A stretch of 64,000 nt of DNA from Myxococcota bacterium (GCA_039028615.1 JBCCHT010000031.1:1-64000); one strand, 5' to 3'. Positions 36,796 through 47,002 are shown, numbered from the stretch's first letter. Notes: a model not told the origin generated them from the sequence alone. Translations and numbers: made by a program.

Positions 36796-39700
36796 ATGAG
36801 CCACACCATGTCGACGCCCCACTCGATCCTGCAATGCTTGGCGGCGCCTCTGGCTCTGGTGGTGCTCACCCAGGCGCCCACCGAGGCCAACGCGACCGCG
36901 CTGCCGGGCGGCACCCTGCTGCCGCTACTGGCGGCCAGTCCTCCCACCAAGGCCGCGGAGACCAACCGCATCGATGGCCTGAGCGTCGAGGAACTCGACG
37001 ACGGCACCACCGTGCTGCGCGTCACGGGCAGCCGCAAGCCGACCTTCAACGTCTATCGACTCTCCTCGCCCGAGCGCCTCGTGGTGGACATCGCGGGGAG
37101 CGAGCCGGGCAAGGTGGTGCCCCACGTGCCCCTGGATACCTGGGCCTGCGGTCGGGTGACCGTGGACGGGGTTTCCGAGCGCGATGCCTCTTTGGTTCGC
37201 CTGGTCGTCGAGCTCAAGCGGGACGCCAGCTACATCGTGCTGCCCAAGGGCGACGAGCTGGTCATCACCGTGACCCCGCGCCAGGTGGCCCCCGAGGCGT
37301 ACTTCGCCCGCAAGAGCGCCAACGAGCGCCGGGCGGACATCGAGAAGAGCAACCGCGATGCCAAGGCCCTGCAGGCCGAAGCGCGGGCGCTGAGCTCCCA
37401 CGCGCACAAGCAGGCGAAGGTCGCCGATCGCAAGGTGGCCGAGGCCGAGAGCCGGGCCGATGCGGCGCGGCAGGCCGAGGTGCGAGCCAAGGCGGCCGAG
37501 CGCCGAGCGACCGATCTCGAGGGGCTGGCACGCAAGACCCTGGCTGACGCCAAGTCGCGCAAGGTGAAGCTGCGTCGCGAGCTGCGTCAGGCCGAGGACG
37601 CGCGATCCAAGGCCGAAGAGGCCCGGGCCGCGGCCGAGTCCCAGCGCCGTGCGGCCGAGTCCGCCCTGGTACTCGCGCGTCGTGATCTCGAGGCCGAGCG
37701 TAGCGAGCTGAAGGCTGCACGTGGCGAGGTCGAGGCCGCCCGGGGTGAGGTCGAGGCCGAGCTGGCGAAGGCGCGAACCAAGACCGAGCGGGCCGAGCAG
37801 AACGCGGCCAAGCTCGTGGAGCAGGCCAAGGTCGAGCTGGCGCAGGCACGAAGCTCCGCCGAGGCGGCCAACCGCAAGGCCAAGGCCGAGCTGGCGAAGG
37901 CCGAAAAGGACGCCGCCCGGGCAGCGAAGGCGGCTCGGCGCGCCGACGCGGCGGCCAAGCAGAAGCTCGATGAAGCCGCGGCCAAGGCAGACAGGCAGCT
38001 GCAGCGGGCGCGGGCCGACGTGGCGAAGTCCGAAGCGGCGGTGGCCAGCAAGCTCGCCGCCGCCCAGAAGGCCGAGAAGCGGGCCGAACTCCTGTTGATG
38101 GAGGCGCGGGCCAAGGCGACCCACGAGGCCGAGCGCACGATGGCGCACGCCCGGAAGGAAGCCGAGCGCGAGGCCAAGAAGAAGCTCGCCGCAGCCGAGA
38201 AGGCCGAGGCCGATGCCCGGCGCAAGGCGGCGGCTCTGCTCGCCAGCGCCGAAGCCGAGGCCCAGGCGAAGATCGACGCCGCGACCAAGGCCGCGCGTCG
38301 CAAGGCACAAAAGCGCCTGGCGCAGGCCGAGGCGGAGGCCGAGCGACGCCTGGCCGAAGCCAAGAAGAAGGCGCAGACCCACGCGGTGGCCAAGGCCGAG
38401 CGCGAGCTCGGTGAGCTGCGCAAGAAGGCGGAAGGCGAGGTCGCCCGCGAAGTGGCCCGCGCCAAGACCAAGGCCGAGCGCGAGGCGAGTTCCGATCTCG
38501 CGCAGGCGCGCGTGCGGGCCGAGAAGGTCGAAGCGCGGGCGCAGGCCAAGCTCACCGCCGCCGAAGCCACGCTGGCCAAGGCCGAGGCGGATGCCAGCGC
38601 CAAGAAAAAGAGCGCGGCCGCTCTCGAAGGCCGAGCCCGGGATGCCCTGGCGCGAGCCGAGCGAGCGCTGTCCCAGGCCAAGTCCGAGCGCGATGCCGCA
38701 GCCGCGGCTCGTCGCGAAGCCGACGCCCGACTCGCGGCCACGGAACGCCGCGTGCGAAAGGCCAAGCGTCGGGGCAAGGCCAGCGCCGAGCTCGAGCGCT
38801 CGCTGGCGGCGGCCAAGAAGGCCTCCGCGCAGGCGCAGGGCCGGCTGACGTCGGTCCAGCGGGACATCAAGAAACTCAGCGGTGACCGCGATGCGCTCGA
38901 GCGCACGCTGGCCCACCAGCGCAAGGCCAGCAAGGCCCTCGCGAGCAAGATCGAGGCTCGCAGCCAAGAACTCGAGCGCCTCGAGCACAAAGTCGCCAAG
39001 GCCCGCAAGGCGGGGCAGGGCGGTCAGGATCGCCTTCGTCGCGAGCAGAAGGCACTGGCCAGCGAGGGCGCCTCGCTGCGCAAGCGCAACGCTGCGGCCA
39101 AGGCCGAGCTCGATCGAGCCGAGGCCGAGCTGGTCGCCCTCCGCAAGTCGATCACGCGGGAGCAGAACAAGCTCAGCGACGCCGAGCAGGCGGTCGAGCA
39201 AGCGCAGGAGAAGCTCGAGTCTCGCGTGGCCAAGCGCGAAGCCTCGGCGGGCGCGGCTGCGCCGGCCAAGGTCGCCCCGAAGGCGTCCAATCCCCCGCCG
39301 GGCGACGGCGCGTTCATCCGCGACGTTCGCTTCGAGGACGACGGCACCGAGTCGCGCGTCATCGTCGAGCTCGAGGGCCCCGTGCGCTTCCAGGGCAAGA
39401 CGCTCACGCCCGACATCCAGCTGCTGGCCCTCGAAGGCGCCCGCATCGACTCTCGGCTCGAGCGCAGCCTCGACGCCCGGGCCTACGGCGGTCCGGTGCA
39501 GCGCATCACGTCGTTCTCCGAGGACGGCGGAGCCAAGGTCATCGTCGCCACCGCGGGGAATACCAAGCCTCGCATCGAGCAGGGCGATGGCGTGCTCGTG
39601 TGGCACTTCCCCCACGGGCGTGAGGCAGCCCGGCCACCCGCCCACGAGGTGGCGAGCCTGCCCGGCACCAAGGTCGGGGGTTACGCCGCGGCCGTGCCTC

Positions 39701-41106
39701 CGGTCGCCGCGGCTCGTACCGCCGCCATGGCTCCCGCGAGCTCCTCGAGCACCCTCGGCCAGTCGCGCTCCGGCAGCAGCTCTTCGGCCCCGGTCCGAGG
39801 CACGCGCTGGCGAGGCGAACGCATCGACATCGAGCTCCAGGACGCGCCGATCAAGGACGTCTTGCTGCTGTTCTCCGACATCGGCCGCGTGAACATCATC
39901 GCGGGCACGGGCGTCGAGGGCAGCGTCACCATGAAGCTGACCGCGGTCCCCTGGGACCAGGCGCTCGACATCATCCTGCGCTCGCTGAACCTGGGCATGG
40001 TGCGCGAGGGCAACGTCATCCGCGTGGCGACCTCCGAGGCGCTCGAGACCGAGCGGCGCGAGGCCATCGAGCGGGCCAACGCTCGGGTCCAGCTCAAGCC
40101 GCTCCAGACCCGCTTGGTGTCGGTGTCCTACGCCACCGCCGACGAGATGGTGCCCAAGGTGCAGAGCGTGCTCTCGCCGCGTGGCTCGGTGACCCCCGAC
40201 GCGCGGACGAACAAGCTCATCATCATGGACGTGGCCGAGAACATCGCGCTCGCCGAGCAGCTGGTCTCGAGCCTCGACACCCAGACGCCGCAGATCCTCA
40301 TCGAGGCGCGGATCGTCGAGGCGCGGACCAACTTCCAGCGTCAGCTCGGCATCCAGTGGGGCTTCGACTTCACCGCGAGCCCGGGCACGGGTAACCCCAC
40401 CGGTCTGCTGTTCCCGAACTCGGCCGGCATCGGTGGTGGTGCGACGGGTACTCCCGTCGACTCGCGTGGTCTGGTGCTCCCGGCCGCCGCCGCGAACCCG
40501 AACTACGTGGTCGACCTGCCCGCGCCGGTCGGTACCGGGGCTGGTGGTGCGCTGGGCTTCTCGTTCGGCAGCATCAGCGGCAACCTCAATACCAACCTCC
40601 GCCTGTCGCAGGCCGAGGAGACTGGTGAGGTCCGCATCATCAGCTCGCCCAAGATCGTCGCCCTCGACAACATCGAGGCGCAGATCGAAGACGGCGTCCA
40701 GATCCCGATCTCTCAGGTCAGCGCGCAGGGCGTCAACACTCGGTTCGTCAATGCGTCGCTGTCCCTCCGCGTCACGCCGCACGTGACCAACGAGGGCGCG
40801 GTGCTGCTCGATGTCCAGGTGCAGAAGAACGAGGCGGACTTCGTCAACACGGGTGCTCGGGGCGACCCCACCATCTTGACCAAGCAGGCGCAGACGCGAA
40901 TGCTGGTCAACGACAGCGACACCGCGGTGATCGGCGGCATCTACTCTCGGAACAAGGCCGTCAACTTCACCAAGGTTCCCTGGCTCGCCGACATCCCGCT
41001 CATCGGCTGGTTCTTCAAGAACAAGAACGAAGCGGACACGCGGTCCGAGGTTCTCATCTTCCTCACTCCGAAGATCGTCAACCGCGCCAGCTCCATCGGC
41101 GGCTGA
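36796..41106 (+). CDS. pilQ: Type IV pilus secretin PilQ (1436 aa) with two AMIN-like domains separated by a ~645-aa coiled coil
   Basis: AMIN LSSPERLVVDI; GERIDIELQDAPIKDVL; VPWDQALDIIL; QILIEARIVEA; KVPWLADIPLIGWFFK; LIFLTPKIV. Confidence 0.95.
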   Translation: MSHTMSTPHSILQCLAAPLALVVLTQAPTEANATALPGGTLLPLLAASPPTKAAETNRIDGLSVEELDDGTTVLRVTGSRKPTFNVYRLSSPERLVVDIAGSEPGKVVPHVPLDTWACGRVTVDGVSERDASLVRLVVELKRDASYIVLPKGDELVITVTPRQVAPEAYFARKSANERRADIEKSNRDAKALQAEARALSSHAHKQAKVADRKVAEAESRADAARQAEVRAKAAERRATDLEGLARKTLADAKSRKVKLRRELRQAEDARSKAEEARAAAESQRRAAESALVLARRDLEAERSELKAARGEVEAARGEVEAELAKARTKTERAEQNAAKLVEQAKVELAQARSSAEAANRKAKAELAKAEKDAARAAKAARRADAAAKQKLDEAAAKADRQLQRARADVAKSEAAVASKLAAAQKAEKRAELLLMEARAKATHEAERTMAHARKEAEREAKKKLAAAEKAEADARRKAAALLASAEAEAQAKIDAATKAARRKAQKRLAQAEAEAERRLAEAKKKAQTHAVAKAERELGELRKKAEGEVAREVARAKTKAEREASSDLAQARVRAEKVEARAQAKLTAAEATLAKAEADASAKKKSAAALEGRARDALARAERALSQAKSERDAAAAARREADARLAATERRVRKAKRRGKASAELERSLAAAKKASAQAQGRLTSVQRDIKKLSGDRDALERTLAHQRKASKALASKIEARSQELERLEHKVAKARKAGQGGQDRLRREQKALASEGASLRKRNAAAKAELDRAEAELVALRKSITREQNKLSDAEQAVEQAQEKLESRVAKREASAGAAAPAKVAPKASNPPPGDGAFIRDVRFEDDGTESRVIVELEGPVRFQGKTLTPDIQLLALEGARIDSRLERSLDARAYGGPVQRITSFSEDGGAKVIVATAGNTKPRIEQGDGVLVWHFPHGREAARPPAHEVASLPGTKVGGYAAAVPPVAAARTAAMAPASSSSTLGQSRSGSSSSAPVRGTRWRGERIDIELQDAPIKDVLLLFSDIGRVNIIAGTGVEGSVTMKLTAVPWDQALDIILRSLNLGMVREGNVIRVATSEALETERREAIERANARVQLKPLQTRLVSVSYATADEMVPKVQSVLSPRGSVTPDARTNKLIIMDVAENIALAEQLVSSLDTQTPQILIEARIVEARTNFQRQLGIQWGFDFTASPGTGNPTGLLFPNSAGIGGGATGTPVDSRGLVLPAAAANPNYVVDLPAPVGTGAGGALGFSFGSISGNLNTNLRLSQAEETGEVRIISSPKIVALDNIEAQIEDGVQIPISQVSAQGVNTRFVNASLSLRVTPHVTNEGAVLLDVQVQKNEADFVNTGARGDPTILTKQAQTRMLVNDSDTAVIGGIYSRNKAVNFTKVPWLADIPLIGWFFKNKNEADTRSEVLIFLTPKIVNRASSIGG

Positions 41107-41322
41107 TCGAACCAAGCCGCCTCCGCCCGCGCCCCGAGTCGCCTCCCATTTGCAAGTGGGGTCGCGGTCCTCGGGGCGTTTGCACGTCGGGCGGTCGTTT
41201 GCAATCACCGCCCGAGACCGCGTCGTAGCCGCGGAATCGCCGGGGGGCGCCTTGCAAGAACGGTCCCAAGTCGTTGGGGTTCATGCCGTGCGGGTGAGTT
41301 CGTTCCCCTTGCTCGCGACGCC

Positions 41323-41910
41323 ATGTCGGCGCAGGCTTGGGGGGTGCAGCGGCCGCTGTTTTTGACGGGCATGATGGGCTGCGGCAAGACGACCGTCGGC
41401 CGCGTGCTCGCCCATGACCATGAGCGCACCGTCGTCGACCTCGACGAGCGGATCGAGCGGCTCTTTGGTCGTACCGTCGCCGAGCTGTTCGGGGCCGGCG
41501 AAGCGAGCTTTCGCGAGCACGAACACCAAGCGTTGCGCTCGCTGCTGGCCGAGCCGGGCTTCGGCGGCCAGGGCACGGTGGTCACCTGCGGGGGCGGAAC
41601 CGTACTCGACCGTCGCAACCGCGACGCGATGGACGCCGTGGGCACTCGGGTGTACCTCGAGGTCGGGGTCGACGAACTCGTGCGACGCCTGCTGCCCACC
41701 GTCGAGGCCGACCCCGACGCCAGACCTTTATTGAAAGGTGAGCCGGCTCGGGTACGCGCCCGCCTCGGAGACTTGCTCGCGGCTCGTCGTTCGCTCTATC
41801 GAGCGGGCTCCATCGTGGTCGATGCCGAGGCCGATCCCGTGTCCGTGGCGGAACGCATCGTGGCGGCGCTGGACGGCGTCGCCCAGCTCCGAGACAGCGA
41901 GGCCGTATGA
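41323..41910 (+). CDS. aroK: Shikimate kinase
   Basis: GMMGCGKTTVG, GEASFRE.E, GGGTV, RPLL. Confidence 0.92.
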   Translation: MSAQAWGVQRPLFLTGMMGCGKTTVGRVLAHDHERTVVDLDERIERLFGRTVAELFGAGEASFREHEHQALRSLLAEPGFGGQGTVVTCGGGTVLDRRNRDAMDAVGTRVYLEVGVDELVRRLLPTVEADPDARPLLKGEPARVRARLGDLLAARRSLYRAGSIVVDAEADPVSVAERIVAALDGVAQLRDSEAV

Positions 41911-43019
41911 ACACAAAGCCCCTGGTTTTGGACGTCCGGGTCCCCTCCGAAGACCTCAGCTATCACGTACGGGTGGGGGACGGGCTGCTGTCCCGCCTCG
42001 GGGCCGAGCTCGCTCGCGGGCGAGAGCCGGGCCGCGTCGCGCTGATCTCCGACACCAACGTCCTGCCTTTGTATGGCCCGAGGGTCCGGCAGAGCCTCGA
42101 GGCCGCGGGCTTCTCCGTCATCGAGCAGGTGGTGCAAGCGGGCGAGGCGAGCAAGAACCCCGACGAGCTCGTGCGCCTGGTCGGGGCGCTGGTCGAGCGC
42201 GGCATCGGTCGCCGCGATCTGGTCGTCGCCCTCGGCGGCGGGGTGGTGGGCGACCTGGGCGGCCTGGTGGCGGCGCTGTTCATGCGCGGCATCGATTTCG
42301 TGCAGTGCCCCACCTCGCTTTTGGCCCAGGTCGATGCCTCGGTGGGAGGCAAGGTCGCGGTCGACCTTCCTTCGGGCAAGAACCTGCTGGGCGCGTTTCA
42401 TTTTCCTCGGGCGGTGCTCATCGACACTTCGGTGTTGACCACGCTGCCCGACGACGAGCTCGGTTGCGGCCTCGCCGAGATGCTCAAGCACGGCGCGTTG
42501 TTCTCGGTCGAGCACTTCGATCACTTGGTGGAGCACGCCGATGCCCTCTATGCCCGCGACGCGGCGATCTTGCCTCGCTTGGTCGCCACTTCGGTCGCGC
42601 TCAAGGCGGCCTGTGTCAGCCGCGATCCGCTCGAGATGGCGGCGGCGGGCAAGGGGCGGGTGCTGCTCAACCTCGGTCACACCATCGGCCACGCCATCGA
42701 GTCGGCGTCCGAATTCGGACTTCGTCACGGGGAGGCGGTCGCGCTCGGCCTACGGGCGGCGGCGCGCCTGTCCGAGGCCAAGTCCTTTGCCCCGGCTGGG
42801 CTCGAAGAGCGCATCGTCCAGGCGCTCACGGCTCTCCGCCTTCCCACCGACCTGGACGCGTGGCTCACCGGCGATCGAGCGGACGCGCTGCGGCCCGCGT
42901 TGATGAACGACAAGAAGCGCGCGGGGTCCACGGTGACCTACATCGGGCTGGCCGCGATCGGCGAACCTCGCACCGCTCAGCTGACGCCCGACGAGATCTT
43001 GACTTTGTTGCAGCGCTGA
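41907..43019 (+). CDS. aroB: 3-dehydroquinate synthase
   Basis: GEASK, ALGGGVVGDLGG, PTSLLAQVDASVGGK, KNLLGAF, LNLGHTIGHAIE. Confidence 0.96.
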   Translation: MNTKPLVLDVRVPSEDLSYHVRVGDGLLSRLGAELARGREPGRVALISDTNVLPLYGPRVRQSLEAAGFSVIEQVVQAGEASKNPDELVRLVGALVERGIGRRDLVVALGGGVVGDLGGLVAALFMRGIDFVQCPTSLLAQVDASVGGKVAVDLPSGKNLLGAFHFPRAVLIDTSVLTTLPDDELGCGLAEMLKHGALFSVEHFDHLVEHADALYARDAAILPRLVATSVALKAACVSRDPLEMAAAGKGRVLLNLGHTIGHAIESASEFGLRHGEAVALGLRAAARLSEAKSFAPAGLEERIVQALTALRLPTDLDAWLTGDRADALRPALMNDKKRAGSTVTYIGLAAIGEPRTAQLTPDEILTLLQR

Positions 43020-43047
43020 ATCCCGCGCTGCTACGCTCGATCCGTCG

Positions 43048-43908
43048 ATGGCACGCTTCGGAGGAATCTTGGCGGGTACGGGGCTCTTTGCGGGCGTCGT
43101 GTTCTTGGGTCTTTCGGGGCTGAGCTGCGCAAACGAGCAGGAGCCGCTCATCGTCTTGCACACGCTGGCGGGCGAGCCCTCCGATCCGAACGAGCAGGGC
43201 ATCGTCCAGTGCGAGTACAACTCGGGCGGACCGGTGCGCACCTCGGGTCGCTTCGACGTGCGCACGGGGGTCGCCTACCAGATGGCGCCCGTCGTGCTCA
43301 ACAACCTCGCCGCGCGGGTGAACGCTTCGAATACCGGGGTCAACGACAGCGAGCTGCAGCTCATGTCCGAAGTGGACATCCGGCTCAACGTGCCCTCTGA
43401 AGTGCGCGATGCCATGGGCACCGACGACGCGGGCAATGCTCTGCCGCTCACGTTCACGGCCAACATCGCGACCGACTCCATCGGGCCCAGCGACGAGTTC
43501 GTGGCCATCCTCGACGTCATCCCGGCCGACTACGCGGTCGCGTTCCAAGAGGGCATCGCCTACGGCGACGAAGTCGACGCTTCGGTCGACATCATCTTCC
43601 ACGCCACGCGCACGGGTAACTCCCGGGGCAACGCGGGCGTGCTCGACTCGCGGCGCTACTCGTTCCCGATCTCGCTGTGCAACGGGTGCCTGGTCTTCTC
43701 GTGCACGTGCGACACCAACGACGAGTGCGAGCTCGGCAGCGAGACCTTCTGGGGTCACTGCGGCGTCGGGGCCGACGTGTTCGGCGACGGCTTCAGTTGC
43801 TCCGACCCGCTCCCCGCGACCGGCACGGGCGCGACCACGGGCGACATGGACGACGGCAGCACCAGCCTGCCCCCGGACCCGCCCCCCACGACCACCGCGA
43901 CCGGTTGA
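43048..43908 (+). CDS. Hypothetical lipoprotein in the pil locus
   Basis: Lipobox-like GLSC; YSFPISLCNGCL; Cys-rich region and Thr/Pro tail. Confidence 0.75.
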   Translation: MARFGGILAGTGLFAGVVFLGLSGLSCANEQEPLIVLHTLAGEPSDPNEQGIVQCEYNSGGPVRTSGRFDVRTGVAYQMAPVVLNNLAARVNASNTGVNDSELQLMSEVDIRLNVPSEVRDAMGTDDAGNALPLTFTANIATDSIGPSDEFVAILDVIPADYAVAFQEGIAYGDEVDASVDIIFHATRTGNSRGNAGVLDSRRYSFPISLCNGCLVFSCTCDTNDECELGSETFWGHCGVGADVFGDGFSCSDPLPATGTGATTGDMDDGSTSLPPDPPPTTTATG

Positions 43909-44080
43909 TTCCTCTCATCGGGCGATCCCTTGCCACCGGTCCCCGTGCGGGCCTTTGCGCGATGGATCCTCGAGGTACCGAAACCTGCGCTAAGGGCGCT
44001 TGACCCCAGGGCCCCACCTCTGACAAGCTACCTTTGCGGGTGAGCGCTCCATGTCCGGTGGCGGCCCGTCCCGTTTGCCC

Positions 44081-44440
44081 ATGCTCTTCGACACCCTCCG
44101 AAAGATCGTAGACGAGACCGACGGCGCCACTGGGGCCATCTTGATGGGCTTCGACGGCATTGCCGTCATGCAAGCGCTCGCCAAGGGTCACGAGAAGACC
44201 GACATCGAGTCGATGGCGATGGAGTTCTCGTTCCGCTTCATCGAGCTGCAAAAAGCGGCGAAGTCGCTCGACATGGGTGAGGTCAGCGATATCACCATCA
44301 AAGCGGCCGGGGCCACGGTGCTGTGCCGCGTGCTGACCGACGAATACTTCGTCGCGGTGGTCATGCACGATCCGGCGCAGTACGGAAAGGGCCGCTGGAT
44401 GCTGCGGTCCTCGGCCGACGAGTTGGTCGCCCAGCTCTGA
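44081..44440 (+). CDS. mglC: Roadblock/LC7 protein, MglC orthologue
   Basis: MGFDGI motif and GKGR.MLR match Myxococcus MglC as I recall it, in the same position between pilQ and accB. Alternative start at 44051. Confidence 0.8.
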   Translation: MLFDTLRKIVDETDGATGAILMGFDGIAVMQALAKGHEKTDIESMAMEFSFRFIELQKAAKSLDMGEVSDITIKAAGATVLCRVLTDEYFVAVVMHDPAQYGKGRWMLRSSADELVAQL

Positions 44441-44604
44441 GGAGCGAAGCCGCAGACCGGCCGTTCGTTCGAGCGTGGCGCGGAGCCCTGCGCAGGGGAC
44501 CGTGCAAGGGCCCTCGCACCCTTGGGTCATGCTCGTACGAGCGTTTGTACGGCGTGAGCGAAGGGGTCTGGCAGGGGTAGCGTCGCCTCCCAATCCTCTC
44601 CACA

Positions 44605-45084
44605 ATGGCCGGCGAATTCATGGCTGAGTCCATGCCCGCAGTGTTGGTGCTCCACGGCCCCAACCTCAATCTCCTCGGCCAGCGCGAGCCGGAGCACTAC
44701 GGTCGGCAGACCTTGGCTCAGCTCGACGCATCGCTGGTCGAGCGTGGTCGACAGCTCGGCTTGGCCGTGCGCTGCGAGCAAGCCAATGGCGAAGGGGCGC
44801 TCATCGACCAGCTACACGAAGCCGGTCGAACCTGCGTGGGAGTGGTCATCAATCCCGGTGGGTACACCCACACTTCGGTGGCCATCGCCGATGCCCTTCG
44901 TGCGATCGCGATACCCGCGATCGAGGTTCACCTTTCCAACATCTTTGCGCGGGATCCTCTGCGGCATCGCTCCCTGACCGGGGCGGCATGCCAGGGGGTG
45001 ATCATGGGCCTCGGCCCGTCGTCGTACCATCTCGCGTTGCACCATCTCGCCCAGGGACTCGAGTCCGCGGGCGAGCAGTCCTGA
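44605..45084 (+). CDS. aroQ: Type II 3-dehydroquinate dehydratase
   Basis: HGPNLNLLGQREPEHYG, INPGGYTHTSVAIADA, EVHLSNI. Confidence 0.96.
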   Translation: MAGEFMAESMPAVLVLHGPNLNLLGQREPEHYGRQTLAQLDASLVERGRQLGLAVRCEQANGEGALIDQLHEAGRTCVGVVINPGGYTHTSVAIADALRAIAIPAIEVHLSNIFARDPLRHRSLTGAACQGVIMGLGPSSYHLALHHLAQGLESAGEQS

Positions 45085-45128
45085 CGCTCCTCTTTCTCCA
45101 ACGCACACCCCGATTTCGCGGAGCTTTC

Positions 45129-45629
45129 ATGTCCAAGACCCGTGACCCGAACCTGCCGGACCTCGACTACATTCGCGAGCTGGCCAAGGTCTTCAAGCGC
45201 TACGAACTCGACGAGATCGAGATCGAGACCGGTGAGCAGCGCGTGTTGTTGCGTCGCAGCGACACCCCCGCTCCGGTGGTTGCCGTGCCGACGCCCGTCG
45301 CGGCTCCGGCCCCCGCCGCCGTGGCCGCTCCGGCCGCCCCGGCTCCCGCCGCCGCTGCTCCTGCTGCCAAGCCGCCGGCCGAGCCCGTCGGCGAGTTCAT
45401 CACCTCACCCTTCGTCGGCACCTTCTACCGCGCCGCGCGTCCCGACACCCCACACTTCGTGGAGGTCGGCAGCACGGTCGAGCCGGGCGCCACGGTGTGC
45501 ATCGTCGAGGCGATGAAGCTCTTCAACGAGATCGAGGCCGAAGAGGCCTATCGCATCGAAGAGTGCCTGGTCGAGAACGCGGAAGCCGTCGAGTTCGGCA
45601 CCAAGCTGTTCCGGGTAACCAAGCTGTGA
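45129..45629 (+). CDS. accB: Acetyl-CoA carboxylase biotin carboxyl carrier protein
   Basis: Ala/Pro linker, SPFVGTFYR, EAMK biotinylation motif. Confidence 0.95.
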   Translation: MSKTRDPNLPDLDYIRELAKVFKRYELDEIEIETGEQRVLLRRSDTPAPVVAVPTPVAAPAPAAVAAPAAPAPAAAAPAAKPPAEPVGEFITSPFVGTFYRAARPDTPHFVEVGSTVEPGATVCIVEAMKLFNEIEAEEAYRIEECLVENAEAVEFGTKLFRVTKL

Positions 45630-47002
45630 CCCAAGAGATTCGCAAAGTTCTCGTGGCCAATCGCGGCGAGATCGCCTTGCGGGTGATCCGAGCGTGCCGC
45701 GAGATGGGCATCCGTACGGTAGCCATCTACTCGACCGTCGACGAGGCGGCCCTGCACGTGCGCTTCGCCGATGAAGCGCTGTGCGTCGGGCCGGGTTCGG
45801 CCACCGAGAGCTACCTCAACATCCGCAACCTGATCGCAGCCGCCGAGTTGGCGGGGGCCGACGCGGTGCACCCCGGCTACGGGTTCCTGGCCGAGCGCCC
45901 GGACTTCGCCGCCGTGTGCCACAAGTGTGGGCTCAACTTCATCGGCCCGTCGCCGGAGCACATGCGGCTCATGGGCGACAAGGTGCAGGCCCGCGAGCGC
46001 ATGCAGGAGGCCGGTGTGCCGGTCCTGCCCGGCACCGGCGTGCTCCAGAGCCCGCAAGAGGCCATCGAGGCCGCGGAGCGCATCGGTCTTCCCGTCATCC
46101 TGAAGGCTTCGGCCGGCGGTGGTGGGCGCGGCATGAAGATCATCCGCGACATGGACAAGCTCGCGGGGATGGTCGAGACGGCCCAGGCCGAGGCGCTCGC
46201 CGCCTTCGGTGACGGCTCCGTCTACGTCGAGCGCTACGTCGAGAGCCCGCGCCACATCGAGGTGCAGGTCGTCGCCGATCAGCACGGCAACTGCATCGAC
46301 CTGCTCGAGCGCGAGTGCTCGATCCAGCGCCGTCACCAGAAGGTGATCGAGGAAGCCCCCGCCGCCTGCCTCCCCGAGGAGGTCGGCCAGCGGATCCGCG
46401 CGGCCGCGGTCACCGCAGCCAAGGCGATCGGCTACCACTCGGTCGGCACCGTCGAGTTCCTGCTCGACGGCGACGACTTCTACTTCATGGAGATGAACAC
46501 CCGGATCCAGGTCGAGCACTGCGTGACCGAGATGATCACGGGCGTCGACCTGGTCCAGGAACAAATCCGGTTGGCTACCGGAGAACCCCTGGGCCACCTC
46601 GATCGCGAACATCGCGCACGGGGCCATGCCATCGAGTGCCGGATCAACGCGGAAGATCCCATCAAGTTCACGCCGCAGCCCGGCGTGATCACCGAGGTGA
46701 ACTTCCCCGGTGGGTACGGAGTTCGGGTCGATAGCCACGTCTACGGCGGCTATCGGATCTCCCCACACTACGACTCGATGATCGCCAAGCTCGTCGTCCA
46801 TGCCCCGACACGGGATCAGGCCGTAGCGCGGATGAAGCGCGCTTTGGGGGAGCTCGTGGTGGAGGGGATCCGCACCAACACCGCGCTGCACCGCTGGATC
46901 ATGCAGCACCCCATCTTCCTAAGCGGCCGCTACGACACGCACTTTTTGGAGCAGAACCTGGATCCGGAAGCGATTCTCGCGGTCGCGGAGGATCAGAACT
47001 AA
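45626..47002 (+). CDS. accC: Acetyl-CoA carboxylase biotin carboxylase subunit
   Basis: GTG start overlapping the accB stop; ANRGEIALR, HPGYGFL, GGGGRGM, FMEMNTRIQVEH. Confidence 0.96.
   Translation: MTQEIRKVLVANRGEIALRVIRACREMGIRTVAIYSTVDEAALHVRFADEALCVGPGSATESYLNIRNLIAAAELAGADAVHPGYGFLAERPDFAAVCHKCGLNFIGPSPEHMRLMGDKVQARERMQEAGVPVLPGTGVLQSPQEAIEAAERIGLPVILKASAGGGGRGMKIIRDMDKLAGMVETAQAEALAAFGDGSVYVERYVESPRHIEVQVVADQHGNCIDLLERECSIQRRHQKVIEEAPAACLPEEVGQRIRAAAVTAAKAIGYHSVGTVEFLLDGDDFYFMEMNTRIQVEHCVTEMITGVDLVQEQIRLATGEPLGHLDREHRARGHAIECRINAEDPIKFTPQPGVITEVNFPGGYGVRVDSHVYGGYRISPHYDSMIAKLVVHAPTRDQAVARMKRALGELVVEGIRTNTALHRWIMQHPIFLSGRYDTHFLEQNLDPEAILAVAEDQN

Noticed and set aside
36925..41208. 1427-aa antisense ORF opposite pilQ
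   Set aside because: A shadow frame expected from high-GC codon bias. It has no motifs and mirrors the real gene.
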